Assembly (NCBI GenBank): GCA_965248925.1
Contig: CBDFLE010000006.1
Span: forward strand, 4,800,001 to 4,864,000
Length of the DNA stretch: 64,000 bases
Direction of reading: 5' to 3'
From: Candidatus Multivoradales bacterium
GTDB taxonomy: Bacteria; Acidobacteriota; Thermoanaerobaculia; Multivoradales; J023
The position numbers and the translations under genes were made by a program. The notes beneath the pieces were generated by a model. It saw only the letters and a program-made list of their open reading frames with translations, ran no database searches and was not told where the DNA came from. This document shows positions 25,750 through 34,391 of the stretch, piece after piece (positions within the stretch are counted from its first letter, which is position 1; each line of letters begins with the position of its first letter).

Positions 25750-26731
25750 ACGGTTGGTGCGGAACCTGCTGACGGCCTTCAAGGGGTTGTTGTCCCGTGA
25801 AGGTCACGTAGTCGACTTCGGACAGCTGATCAAGGGTGTCGCTATGTTTGCGGTTAATTTGGCGGCGCCCGGTGCCGGTGCGGTGGCTGGAGCCGCCGCC
25901 GGGATGGCCGATGCGGTGAGCGGAGCTGCTGGCGACCGCGCCAAGATCTCCTTTCGCCGCCAAGCCAAGCTCGGCGGTTTGACCCGGCCAGTGAAAGAAG
26001 GGGAGCCGGATTTCGAGAGGCTGCGGGAAGCGGTGGACGAGATCCTGCTGGATCTTCGCCGGTTGCAGTGTCCCGTGGTGCTGGTCGATGGGCTCGACAA
26101 GGTGCAGGATCTGAGGGCAATTCGCGACCTCTTCTCCAGCAATCGAATTCTCGCTCTACCGCGAGCACAGGTGGTCTACTCGGGACCGATCACGCTGATG
26201 TTGGCCACCGAGTGGCAAGCCGCCGGCGGAGCCTTCAAACGCGAGCGGCTGACCAACGTTACCGTCCAAGCTCCGGATCTCGATTGGGTTTCTCTGCCCC
26301 AAGAAGTGGTCGAGGAGGGTCAGCGAGCGGTGGCCGATGTAGTTCGGCGGCGGTTGAGCCGTTTACAGTTGGATGAGGAGGACGTCTTCGAGTCCGACTG
26401 CTTGGAGCGCTTGACCCAGGCTTCGGGTGGTCTGCTGCGGGATCTGGTTCACCTGGTCAATCGGGCGATCCGCGACGCTCTCCGGCGATCGGCACTGCGC
26501 ATCGATGTCCGCGCCGCTGAGGCGGCGATCGAGGAGATTCGCAAAGAATACGAGGTGACTCTGAATACCCGCCGGGTCGACGAGCTGCGCCACGTTCGCA
26601 AGACTGGCGAGCCGAGTGGTGCCGAAGGGTCTCTAGAATTGCTCTTGGGGGGCTATGTGCTGCCCTACAGCAATGGCCGGGTTTGGTTCGAGCCCCATCC
26701 GATCCTTCGCGATCTCCGCCCAGGAATCTGA
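25746..26731 (+). pseudogene. N-terminally truncated P-loop (AAA/STAND-like) ATPase
   Basis: Walker B VVLVDGLDK, SGGLLRDLV, C-terminal YSNG..WFEPHP; no Walker A in the ORF. Confidence 0.65.
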
Positions 26732-26741
26732 AAGCTTTCGC

Positions 26742-28580
26742 ATGACCCCCTCGCCCTCTGCCAGCTCTGCTTGGGACGCGGCTGTTGGCTCGTTGCAACA
26801 GGTGGTTGACCTTGCGGAAGGTCTGGCCCTGGTGCTGGTGTCGGGGCCTGGAACCCATGCTCGCGAAGGGTTGAAACGCCTTCGTGCCGGCCTCACAGAA
26901 GATCCTCGGGCGACCTGGCACCACGTCGACCGGCAAGGTGCGGATCTGGCATCGACGCTGGCGGATTCGGGGGGCCCACGCCTACTGCTGGTTGATGGTC
27001 TGGAACGTCTCGGCGACACCGCTCGCCAAGACCTCACTATCAGGCTGAATCTCCTACGCGACACCCTGAGTACTTTTCCCACCGTCATCATCCTGTGGGT
27101 TCCCAGGGATTTCTTGGAGTCGTTTCGGCAGCTTTGTCCGGATTTGTTTCACTGGCGTTCGTTGTTATTGCTGCTGAGCGCGGAGGACATTCCGCTGCCG
27201 TTAGAGATAGTAGCGCGCCGACGGTTGGCGCAAGCAGTGGAGAGGTACGTCGCCGGTTTGCGGCCAGCGCTCAGCCAAGAGAGGGCGTTGGAATCGGTTT
27301 TGGTCGAGACCCGAGTCGTGGACCAGATTGAGGGTACCGAGTTGCCTTTCTTGGAGTGGGCCGAAGGGGTGCAGCGGGGGCTCTTGTTGGGGCAGCCAGG
27401 AAGTGGGAAAACCACCGCTCTACAGATCTTCGGACGAGATCTTGCTCGCCGAGCTGCTGACAATGCGACGGCACCAGTTCCGATTTTTCTTTCCTGGCGT
27501 CACCTCGTACGCGAGCGGAGGGCAGAACAACCACCAACCATGACCACCCTCATTCCTGGCGAGATGGCGGTCGGCCAACTCGATCAGGAAAAGCGAGAAG
27601 TTCTGGCGTCGGGCAGACTGTGCCTGCTGCTCGACGGGCTCGACGAGGTTCCCGCACCCTTTCGCAACACTTGTCTCGAGTGGTTACGCGTTCAGCTTTC
27701 GGAACGGCCCGACTGGAGCTGCATTGTCACCTCGCGCTGTACCCGCGATTGTGAACTGAGTTTCAGCGACTGGCAGACAGCCCATATGCGGCCCTGGTCC
27801 GCGGCTGATGTAGATGCTTTCTTGCACCGCTTTTTCTCCGGCCTCGAAGGTCGGGCCCGCGAGCTCAGTTCAGCAATTCGTCGCAGCCCAACCCTCCGAG
27901 TCTTTGGCGGCTCACCCTTGCTTCTCTCAGTTCTTGCTGAGTTGAGCCTTCGCTATGGCGCTCTACCTCCGTCGCAGTTTCAGCTGTTCGAGAAAGCCGC
28001 TCAGCTGCATTTGGTGGGCTGGGACCGGGCCAAGGAGCTCGGTCGTCTCCGATCGACGGTTCCACCTTCCCGTTTGCACCGGAACCTTGCCTATCTTGCC
28101 TTGCGAATGCTCCGCGTGGAGCGCCGCGAGGCGTCGATCGGAGAGCTGGCCAATACCAATTTGGCGTTTGAGGATTTTCTTTACCTCGACGAGCGGACAG
28201 GACTGTTCCTGAGGGTCGCAGAGAACAAATTCTCGTTCAGCCATCTAGCCTGGCAGGAGTACTTCGCTGCAAGTGCCCTGAGCGAGGATAGCCCGGAGAG
28301 GGTTCTGGCTGAGCTGCGGCAGCACTTCGATGATCCGGCTTGGCGAAGCGTCATTGTGATGGCAGCTGGAGACTTGACCCGGAATCTGGGCGCAGAGTGG
28401 CTTTGGCAGCAATTTTGGCCCGAGTCAACAGAGTCTTCGGCTCGCGAGCAGATCGAAGATCAGATGACCTTGGTATTGGACATCGCTGCGGAAGCCGGAG
28501 TGAGTGACGGCTACCAGGAGCATCAAGCGGTGCTGAAACGCTTCAGGGAGAACGCCACTGCAAGCCCGGATGCCGGTTGA
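26742..28580 (+). CDS. NACHT NTPase protein with N-terminal inactive P-loop-like domain
   Basis: LNLLRD...LWVP...PDLFHWRS domain; GQPGSGKTT, LLLDGLDEV, VTSR, SPLLL, FSFSHLAWQEYFAA. Confidence 0.85.
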   Translation: MTPSPSASSAWDAAVGSLQQVVDLAEGLALVLVSGPGTHAREGLKRLRAGLTEDPRATWHHVDRQGADLASTLADSGGPRLLLVDGLERLGDTARQDLTIRLNLLRDTLSTFPTVIILWVPRDFLESFRQLCPDLFHWRSLLLLLSAEDIPLPLEIVARRRLAQAVERYVAGLRPALSQERALESVLVETRVVDQIEGTELPFLEWAEGVQRGLLLGQPGSGKTTALQIFGRDLARRAADNATAPVPIFLSWRHLVRERRAEQPPTMTTLIPGEMAVGQLDQEKREVLASGRLCLLLDGLDEVPAPFRNTCLEWLRVQLSERPDWSCIVTSRCTRDCELSFSDWQTAHMRPWSAADVDAFLHRFFSGLEGRARELSSAIRRSPTLRVFGGSPLLLSVLAELSLRYGALPPSQFQLFEKAAQLHLVGWDRAKELGRLRSTVPPSRLHRNLAYLALRMLRVERREASIGELANTNLAFEDFLYLDERTGLFLRVAENKFSFSHLAWQEYFAASALSEDSPERVLAELRQHFDDPAWRSVIVMAAGDLTRNLGAEWLWQQFWPESTESSAREQIEDQMTLVLDIAAEAGVSDGYQEHQAVLKRFRENATASPDAG

Positions 28581-28595
28581 GGCTCGGCATCAGCC

Positions 28596-29963
28596 TCACA
28601 AATACCCCAACGCCTGCAAACGCTCGCGCTCTTCTTCAGTCATCGCCACCTCCCGCTGCTCGAGCCCTTCTCCCAGCTTGGGCTGGGCCTGGCGCCAGGC
28701 TTCGAGGGCGGCGTGCATGCGCTCGACACGGCGGGGGAAGGTCTTGGAGGCATCGCGGCGCTCGTGGGGGTCGCGGTAGAGGTCGAAGAGGCGGCGGCTG
28801 CCGTCGCGGGTCGATTCGATCAACTTGAAGCGTCGGTCGCGCAAGCTGTAGAGCAGGCCCGAATACTGGGAGAAGACGTAGCCGCTGGCCCGTTGGGGGT
28901 CGTGCTTCAGGTCGAGCAAGTTGCGGCCTTGCATCCAGCTGGGTGCTTCGAGGCCGGCGGCGGCGAGCAGGGTGGGGGCGATGTCGATGGTGCTTACCAA
29001 GCGGTGATCTACCAGAGCTTCTTCGACTCCCGGACCGCTCAAGATCAGTGGCACATGGAGCAATTCTTCGAACAGGGTTAGACGGTGCAGCAGACCACCG
29101 TGCTCGCCGAATTCTTCGCCGTGGTCGGAGGAGATGATCACCAGGCAGTTGTCGAGGAAGCCGATCTGGCGCAGCTCGCTGAAGAGTTCGGCGAGTACAT
29201 CGTCGGTGTAGCGCAAGCCGCGGTCGTATTGAGCCGAGAGGTGCTGTAGATCAGCGCCGATCAGCTCTCTGGCGCGGTGACGGTATTCGAGCAGGTTGGC
29301 GCTGGTCGCCGCCAGACCGGCGGTGGCACCGAAGAGGTCTTGGTAGCCCTCTGGTGGCTCGTAAGGTGAATGCACCTCGTAGGTGTGGAAGAAGACGAAG
29401 CTGGGTCGCTCGGGGCGGTGGTGGCGGCGCAGCATGCGCAGCAGCCTGTGCCGGCCCGAGTCGATTCCTTCGCCTTCGTCGTCGAAGTGGTCGAAGCCTT
29501 GGCCAAAACCCAGCCGCGGGGTCATGAAGCCGCCATCGGTCACCGCCAGGGTGCGATAGCCGTGCTCCTGCAGCAGTTCTTGCACCATGGTTAACTCGTC
29601 GGGGACCCGGTGTTGGGACCAGCCGTCGGGGCGGTGCTCGAAGCTCACCCGATGACTCTCCTGGTACAGCGACGACAGCAGGGTGGTGTGGGATGGAGGG
29701 GTGCCGTGGGTGTTGACGAAGGCATTCTCGAAGCGCAGCCCGCCGCGCGCCAGCTGATCGAGGAAGGGGGTGGTTTGGCGGGCGTAGCCGTAAGCTCCCA
29801 GGCGGTCGGCGCGCAGGGCGTCGAGGGAGATCAGCAGCAGGTTGGGGGCTGAGGCTGGCGGTGGCGGTGGCTCGCTGCAACCGGTGCTTAGCGTAGCAAG
29901 GATCCACAGCAGAGCGCATGCCGAGGCGGATCTCGACCCACTGCGCTTCATGGGTTCTCTCAT
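28596..29963 (-). CDS. Sulfatase-like lipoprotein
   Basis: PNLLLISLDALRAD, TPPSH, HTYEVHSPY, SSDHGEEF, LQALGYL; lipobox STGC. Confidence 0.85.
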   Translation of the reverse strand: MREPMKRSGSRSASACALLWILATLSTGCSEPPPPPASAPNLLLISLDALRADRLGAYGYARQTTPFLDQLARGGLRFENAFVNTHGTPPSHTTLLSSLYQESHRVSFEHRPDGWSQHRVPDELTMVQELLQEHGYRTLAVTDGGFMTPRLGFGQGFDHFDDEGEGIDSGRHRLLRMLRRHHRPERPSFVFFHTYEVHSPYEPPEGYQDLFGATAGLAATSANLLEYRHRARELIGADLQHLSAQYDRGLRYTDDVLAELFSELRQIGFLDNCLVIISSDHGEEFGEHGGLLHRLTLFEELLHVPLILSGPGVEEALVDHRLVSTIDIAPTLLAAAGLEAPSWMQGRNLLDLKHDPQRASGYVFSQYSGLLYSLRDRRFKLIESTRDGSRRLFDLYRDPHERRDASKTFPRRVERMHAALEAWRQAQPKLGEGLEQREVAMTEEERERLQALGYL

Positions 29964-31069
29964 GCTGTAGGCAGCCGGCAGAGGGCGTCGAGATCCGCTC
30001 GTGGATGGGGTTGCCCGGCAGCTCGCAGGCGCTGACGCATCTCCCCGGCAGCGCTCGGCAGCAGATCGAGAAAGAGGGTTGCAACCAGCCGCTCGGCGGT
30101 CGCTCGAGGATAGAGGGCGGTGGCCAGGCCAGCGACAAAGCCAAGCTCGAACAAAGGTTGCAACAAGCTGTCGACAGCCGCGAAAGGCAGCGGGTCGAAG
30201 AAGTCAGCCAACCGCAGGGCGCGATCGCGCCAGCTAACCAGATGGTTGCCGCTGGGCTCGCCTCGACCCCCGAGACGGGCACTGAGTAGGCGCAGGCGGA
30301 GCTGCTCGATGCGGTCGAGCTGGAGGTACTGGCGCAACTCAGGGAACTTGCGCCAGAGAATGGCCGCCATCTCGCCGCAGCGTTGCTGCCGACGGTAGAA
30401 GTCCGAGGCCCGGTAGGGATGGTGGTGAAGGGCCTCGGCGGCGGCGCGGTAGCGGATCCGCAGGCCGTGCCGCGCCAAGCGATAGGCCAACTCGGCGTCT
30501 TCGAAGGCGGCGGCCGGGAAATCGGTGCTGAAGTAGCTTGGTTCGCGGTCGAGCAAGGAGCGGTACACGCTTAGATTGGAAGTATAGAAGTGGCGAAAGT
30601 CGTATTCGCCGCCGTCTTCGAAAAAGTGATAGCTGAACTGCTGCGCGCCAGGGCCGTCGATGTGGCGCATGGTGGCGGTCAGGGTTTGATTGTCGGCCCA
30701 CCGGGTCAGGCCGACGACGGCGAGTAGGGGATCGTCCCAAGCCTGGTGGGCGGCCAGGTGCTCGGCGAGCAGCGTGGAGGTGGGCTCGATATCGTCGCCG
30801 GTGAACAGCACCAACTCGCCGCTGGCGATCTTGAGCGCCTGGTTGCGGGCGGCTGCGGGTCCCTGGTTGGACTGCGCGGCATGGCTCAGGGTGTAGTTCC
30901 GTGGCTGCCAGCCGGCGAGCAATTCGGCGGTGCCGTCCTCAGAGCCGTCATCGACCACCACCAGCTCGACTTCGACATCGGCGATGCCTTGCTGCCGATC
31001 ATAGGCTGCCAGCACCCGGCGCAGGGTGGGGGCGCGGTTGTAGGAGGGAATCAAGATGCTGAACTTCAT
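29960..31069 (-). CDS. Glycosyltransferase family 2
   Basis: FSILIPSYNR, VVVDDGSEDGT, NQGPAAARN, FTGDD, FEDAEL. Confidence 0.9.
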   Translation of the reverse strand: MKFSILIPSYNRAPTLRRVLAAYDRQQGIADVEVELVVVDDGSEDGTAELLAGWQPRNYTLSHAAQSNQGPAAARNQALKIASGELVLFTGDDIEPTSTLLAEHLAAHQAWDDPLLAVVGLTRWADNQTLTATMRHIDGPGAQQFSYHFFEDGGEYDFRHFYTSNLSVYRSLLDREPSYFSTDFPAAAFEDAELAYRLARHGLRIRYRAAAEALHHHPYRASDFYRRQQRCGEMAAILWRKFPELRQYLQLDRIEQLRLRLLSARLGGRGEPSGNHLVSWRDRALRLADFFDPLPFAAVDSLLQPLFELGFVAGLATALYPRATAERLVATLFLDLLPSAAGEMRQRLRAAGQPHPRADLDALCRLPTA

Positions 31070-33252
31070 GACTCTCCCTCCATGCCGAGGCCCAGGGCAC
31101 GGCGCCAAGCCTGGGTGGTGAGAGCTGGGTGGTGAGCGGCCAGTCGGCGGCGGGCGTTGGCGCCGCGCCGCCGGCGTTCGCCGTCGTCGGTTAGCTGCTC
31201 CAGGGCGTCGGCGAAGCTGGCGATATCGCCAGCGGCGACTGCGCAACCGCAGCTGCCGTCGTCGAGCAAAGGGCTGAGACCGCTGCCGATCACCGGTAGG
31301 CCGCTGGCCAAGGCGTCGAGAGGGAAAAAAGGCAGCGCTTCCGGCTCGGCCATCGACAGCACGATGTCGGCGGCGGCGAGCACTTCGTCGGCGGCGTTGG
31401 CGAGGCGGCGGAAGCGGCGCAGACCGAGGTAGCCGGCCAACTCGTCGATCGACCCGGCGAGGGGGCCGCGGCCAGCGAGCAGGAAGACCAATCTCGGCTC
31501 TTCGCGCAGCTGGTGGGCCAGGGCCAGCAAGTCTTCGGCTCGCGAGGTGGCGACCAGATCCGCGATCAGCACCACCGCCAAGTCTGCTTCAATCAAGCCC
31601 AGGCTCTTTCGTGCTGAGTCCCGCAGTGCTGCTTGTTGGTCGCTTTGCGGCTGCGGTCTTGGCACCAGTGGCAGGATCTCGCGCGCTTGCTCTTCGCGGT
31701 CGCAGGACCAACTCAGGATGGTGGTGGCGTGGACGCTGGCCGACGCCGTCAGCGGCAAGTGCAGGCGCTCGCCGTCAGGCAGGTTCTTGGCGAAAGGGGC
31801 CAGTAGGTCGTTGTTGTCTGACGGCTGTCGATCTGTCGGTGGGTCGCCAATCCAGAGTACCTTGGGCGCCGCGTAGCGCTGGGCCAAAGTGATCAAAGCG
31901 GCGTCCTGAGCGGCCTGGGCGACGACCCCGTCCAGGCGGTAGATGTGCGGTGTGGTGCGGCCGAGCAGGCGCAGGCGTTGGCGACTCAAGGCAGATCCTG
32001 CCGAGCAAGCGGCGACGATCCAACGCACCTCGCTGCCCAGCTGGAGCAAGACGTCCGCCAGCAGTCGGTCGACGCCTGCCCAGGGGGGGCTCGACAGGAT
32101 CACCAGCACGGTTTCTCTAGCCGCGGCATCTGGTCTTGGGGAGCCGGTGGCAAGTCGCAGCCGGTGGCAGATTTCACCAGTGCCAGTGCCTGCGCCGAGG
32201 GTCAAACCGAGAGTCAAACCGAGAGTCAAACCGAAAGTCAAATAGGGGCCGACGCGGCGGATCGCGGCCGGCAGAATGAGTCGGCTGATCGGGACTTGGC
32301 CGTCTGCGCCCAGAGTCGCGGGGTTGTAGCTCACTATCTTGCCCACCAGCCGTTGGCCACTCCTCTTGGCCAGCGATTCGATGGCTGGCGCATCGAGCCC
32401 CCGCTGCGGCTGCCAGAAGGGGGCGCGAACCAACAGCAGACTGGCGGGAGGTAGGCCTCCAGCGGCCGGCAGCTGTAGTTCGACAAAGAGCAGGTTTTCG
32501 ATTTGCAAGCTCAGCAAGGCGGTTTCCAAACCGCTGGCCGGTAGCCTCTGCACCAACACGGCGTCGGTCACCACGACGGTGTCGGCGCGATCCTGAATCT
32601 CTCGACTGCTGAAGACCTGCCCCGCTAGCGGCTGGCCACTCCGCGGGTCGACAGCCATCCAGGTTTGGCCATCGGCCTGCAGCAGCTCGCAGCCGGGAGC
32701 GGTTTGAGCGGCCCATGCGGCCAGCTGTAGCTCGCTCGGTTCTTGCTGAGTCAACGCCAGCAAACGTGGCATTGGTCTGGCGTGGTGGTGCCCAGGCCGG
32801 AGTCGGATGCTGCTGGCGGGGCGGTGCGAGGCGCGCCAGGCTTGGCGGGCCATGCCGACGGTGGCGCGCAGCATGCGGCCGACCAGGCGACGCAGCGGAT
32901 TGCCGCCGGCTGGCCGCAGCTCGACCGTGCTCAATGGCGGCGGGTCAGCCGGGATGGTTGGGCTGGCGAGAGTTTCCAGGGCCGCGATCACAGCCGCCAG
33001 TTGCAGGTGTAGATTGCGGTTGTCGGCCGCCAGATCGGCCAGCGCGGCACCTAGATCGTCGACCTTGGCGGCTGCCGCTGGCGGCAGGTCGGCGGCCAAC
33101 TGGCGAGCCTGCCGCCGGCGTTCGCCGAGACTTCGATCGAGCCGCTGCAGATCTTGCTCTAGCCGCTGCAACCGGCGGCGAGAAGTCGCTGGCTGGCGGT
33201 CGCTGTCATCGGCGCTGCCAGGGCGGCGCTCTGAAGTGGGCTGGGAACTCAT
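31066..33252 (-). CDS. Coiled-coil + GT4-like glycosyltransferase
   Basis: C-terminal LAGRGPL, AADIVLS..EPEALP...LDALASGLPVI; N-terminal coiled coil. Confidence 0.7.
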   Translation of the reverse strand: MSSQPTSERRPGSADDSDRQPATSRRRLQRLEQDLQRLDRSLGERRRQARQLAADLPPAAAAKVDDLGAALADLAADNRNLHLQLAAVIAALETLASPTIPADPPPLSTVELRPAGGNPLRRLVGRMLRATVGMARQAWRASHRPASSIRLRPGHHHARPMPRLLALTQQEPSELQLAAWAAQTAPGCELLQADGQTWMAVDPRSGQPLAGQVFSSREIQDRADTVVVTDAVLVQRLPASGLETALLSLQIENLLFVELQLPAAGGLPPASLLLVRAPFWQPQRGLDAPAIESLAKRSGQRLVGKIVSYNPATLGADGQVPISRLILPAAIRRVGPYLTFGLTLGLTLGLTLGAGTGTGEICHRLRLATGSPRPDAAARETVLVILSSPPWAGVDRLLADVLLQLGSEVRWIVAACSAGSALSRQRLRLLGRTTPHIYRLDGVVAQAAQDAALITLAQRYAAPKVLWIGDPPTDRQPSDNNDLLAPFAKNLPDGERLHLPLTASASVHATTILSWSCDREEQAREILPLVPRPQPQSDQQAALRDSARKSLGLIEADLAVVLIADLVATSRAEDLLALAHQLREEPRLVFLLAGRGPLAGSIDELAGYLGLRRFRRLANAADEVLAAADIVLSMAEPEALPFFPLDALASGLPVIGSGLSPLLDDGSCGCAVAAGDIASFADALEQLTDDGERRRRGANARRRLAAHHPALTTQAWRRALGLGMEGES
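32195..32242. repeat. In-frame 12-bp tandem repeat x4
   Basis: (CCGARRGTCAAA)x4, encoding LTFG-LTLG-LTLG-LTLG on the minus strand. Confidence 0.85.
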
Positions 33253-33386
33253 CAGCGGGGTTGATCGTCGGGTCCTGAGGTTAGGATCTGGGATGCGCGC
33301 GGAGCATATCGTAGTCAGCCCGACCCAATGCTAAGCTGACCGTCTCTTCACCCAAGTTCAAAGATCAGCCCACCAAACCTCCGACG

Positions 33387-34301
33387 ATGACCCAAGTTCG
33401 CCGCCACGATCGTCTGTTGCGCTGGCTCGGCGGGGTCGCGGTAGTGCTCAGCCTGGTGTTGCTGAGTCGCCAGGCCCTGCGCCATGCTGGCGAGCTGCCG
33501 CCGATTGAGTGGCGGCCGGCGCTATTCGGGGTGGGCCTGGCAACCCTGGGCCTCTACCTGCTGGCGCGGCTGCTCCAGGCCCTGGCTTGGCGCTGGCTGC
33601 TGGCGGCGGCGGGGCAGCCGAGCCGCTGGTGGCAGTTGCTGCGCATCGGCTTGCTCACTGAAGTGGGTAAGTACGTGCCCTCCAACTTGGCCCACTACGC
33701 CGGCCGAGTGGAGTTGCTGCATCGCCAGGGACCTTCCCGTGCGCTGGTCTTGCGGACCATGGTGCAAGAGGTCGCGTTGCTGGTGGTGGCGGCGTTGGCG
33801 GTAGCCGGAGCCGCGGCTTGGTGGTGGCCGGCGGTGCTGGCACCGCTGACCGCCCACCTGCCGCGGGGGCGAATCGCTATTGCGCTGGCGGGGTTGGCGG
33901 TACTGGTGTTGGGGCTTGGCTGGTTCGGTTGGCGCGGTCGTCGGCCAGAGCCGCGACGGCTGGGTCGTACGGCTCTTCGCCTGCTGCCTTGCTGCGGTCT
34001 TTATGGTCTGTTCTTGATCCTCAATGGTCTGCCTCTCGGCCTGCTGGCCGGCAGTCTCTATGGCCTGTCGGTACCGTGGGGGGCCCTGATCGGGGTCTGG
34101 GCGGTGGCCTGGGTGGTTGGCTTCGCGACCCCTGGTGCGCCCGCTGGGCTGGGGGTGCGGGACTTGCTCTTGTTGACTGCCCTCAGCGGATTCTGGGGGT
34201 CTGGACCGGCGCTGGCCATCACCGCTGGTCACCGCCTGTTGCTGACCGTCGCCGATGGCTTGGCTTTTTTCCTCGGCTTGCTGCTTGGTAAGTGGCGCTA
34301 G
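33387..34301 (+). CDS. Lysylphosphatidylglycerol-synthase-TM (YbhN/flippase-like) membrane protein
   Basis: GKYVPSN, PGAPAGLGVRD motifs; multiple TM helices. Confidence 0.8.
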   Translation: MTQVRRHDRLLRWLGGVAVVLSLVLLSRQALRHAGELPPIEWRPALFGVGLATLGLYLLARLLQALAWRWLLAAAGQPSRWWQLLRIGLLTEVGKYVPSNLAHYAGRVELLHRQGPSRALVLRTMVQEVALLVVAALAVAGAAAWWWPAVLAPLTAHLPRGRIAIALAGLAVLVLGLGWFGWRGRRPEPRRLGRTALRLLPCCGLYGLFLILNGLPLGLLAGSLYGLSVPWGALIGVWAVAWVVGFATPGAPAGLGVRDLLLLTALSGFWGSGPALAITAGHRLLLTVADGLAFFLGLLLGKWR

Positions 34302-34391
34302 GTTTCTTGGTGTTTATGCCGCATTTTCGCCTTCTAGGGTGAGAATCCGCTAGACTGGCAAGTCCGTCGGGCGGCCTGCTTCTGACCTGAG

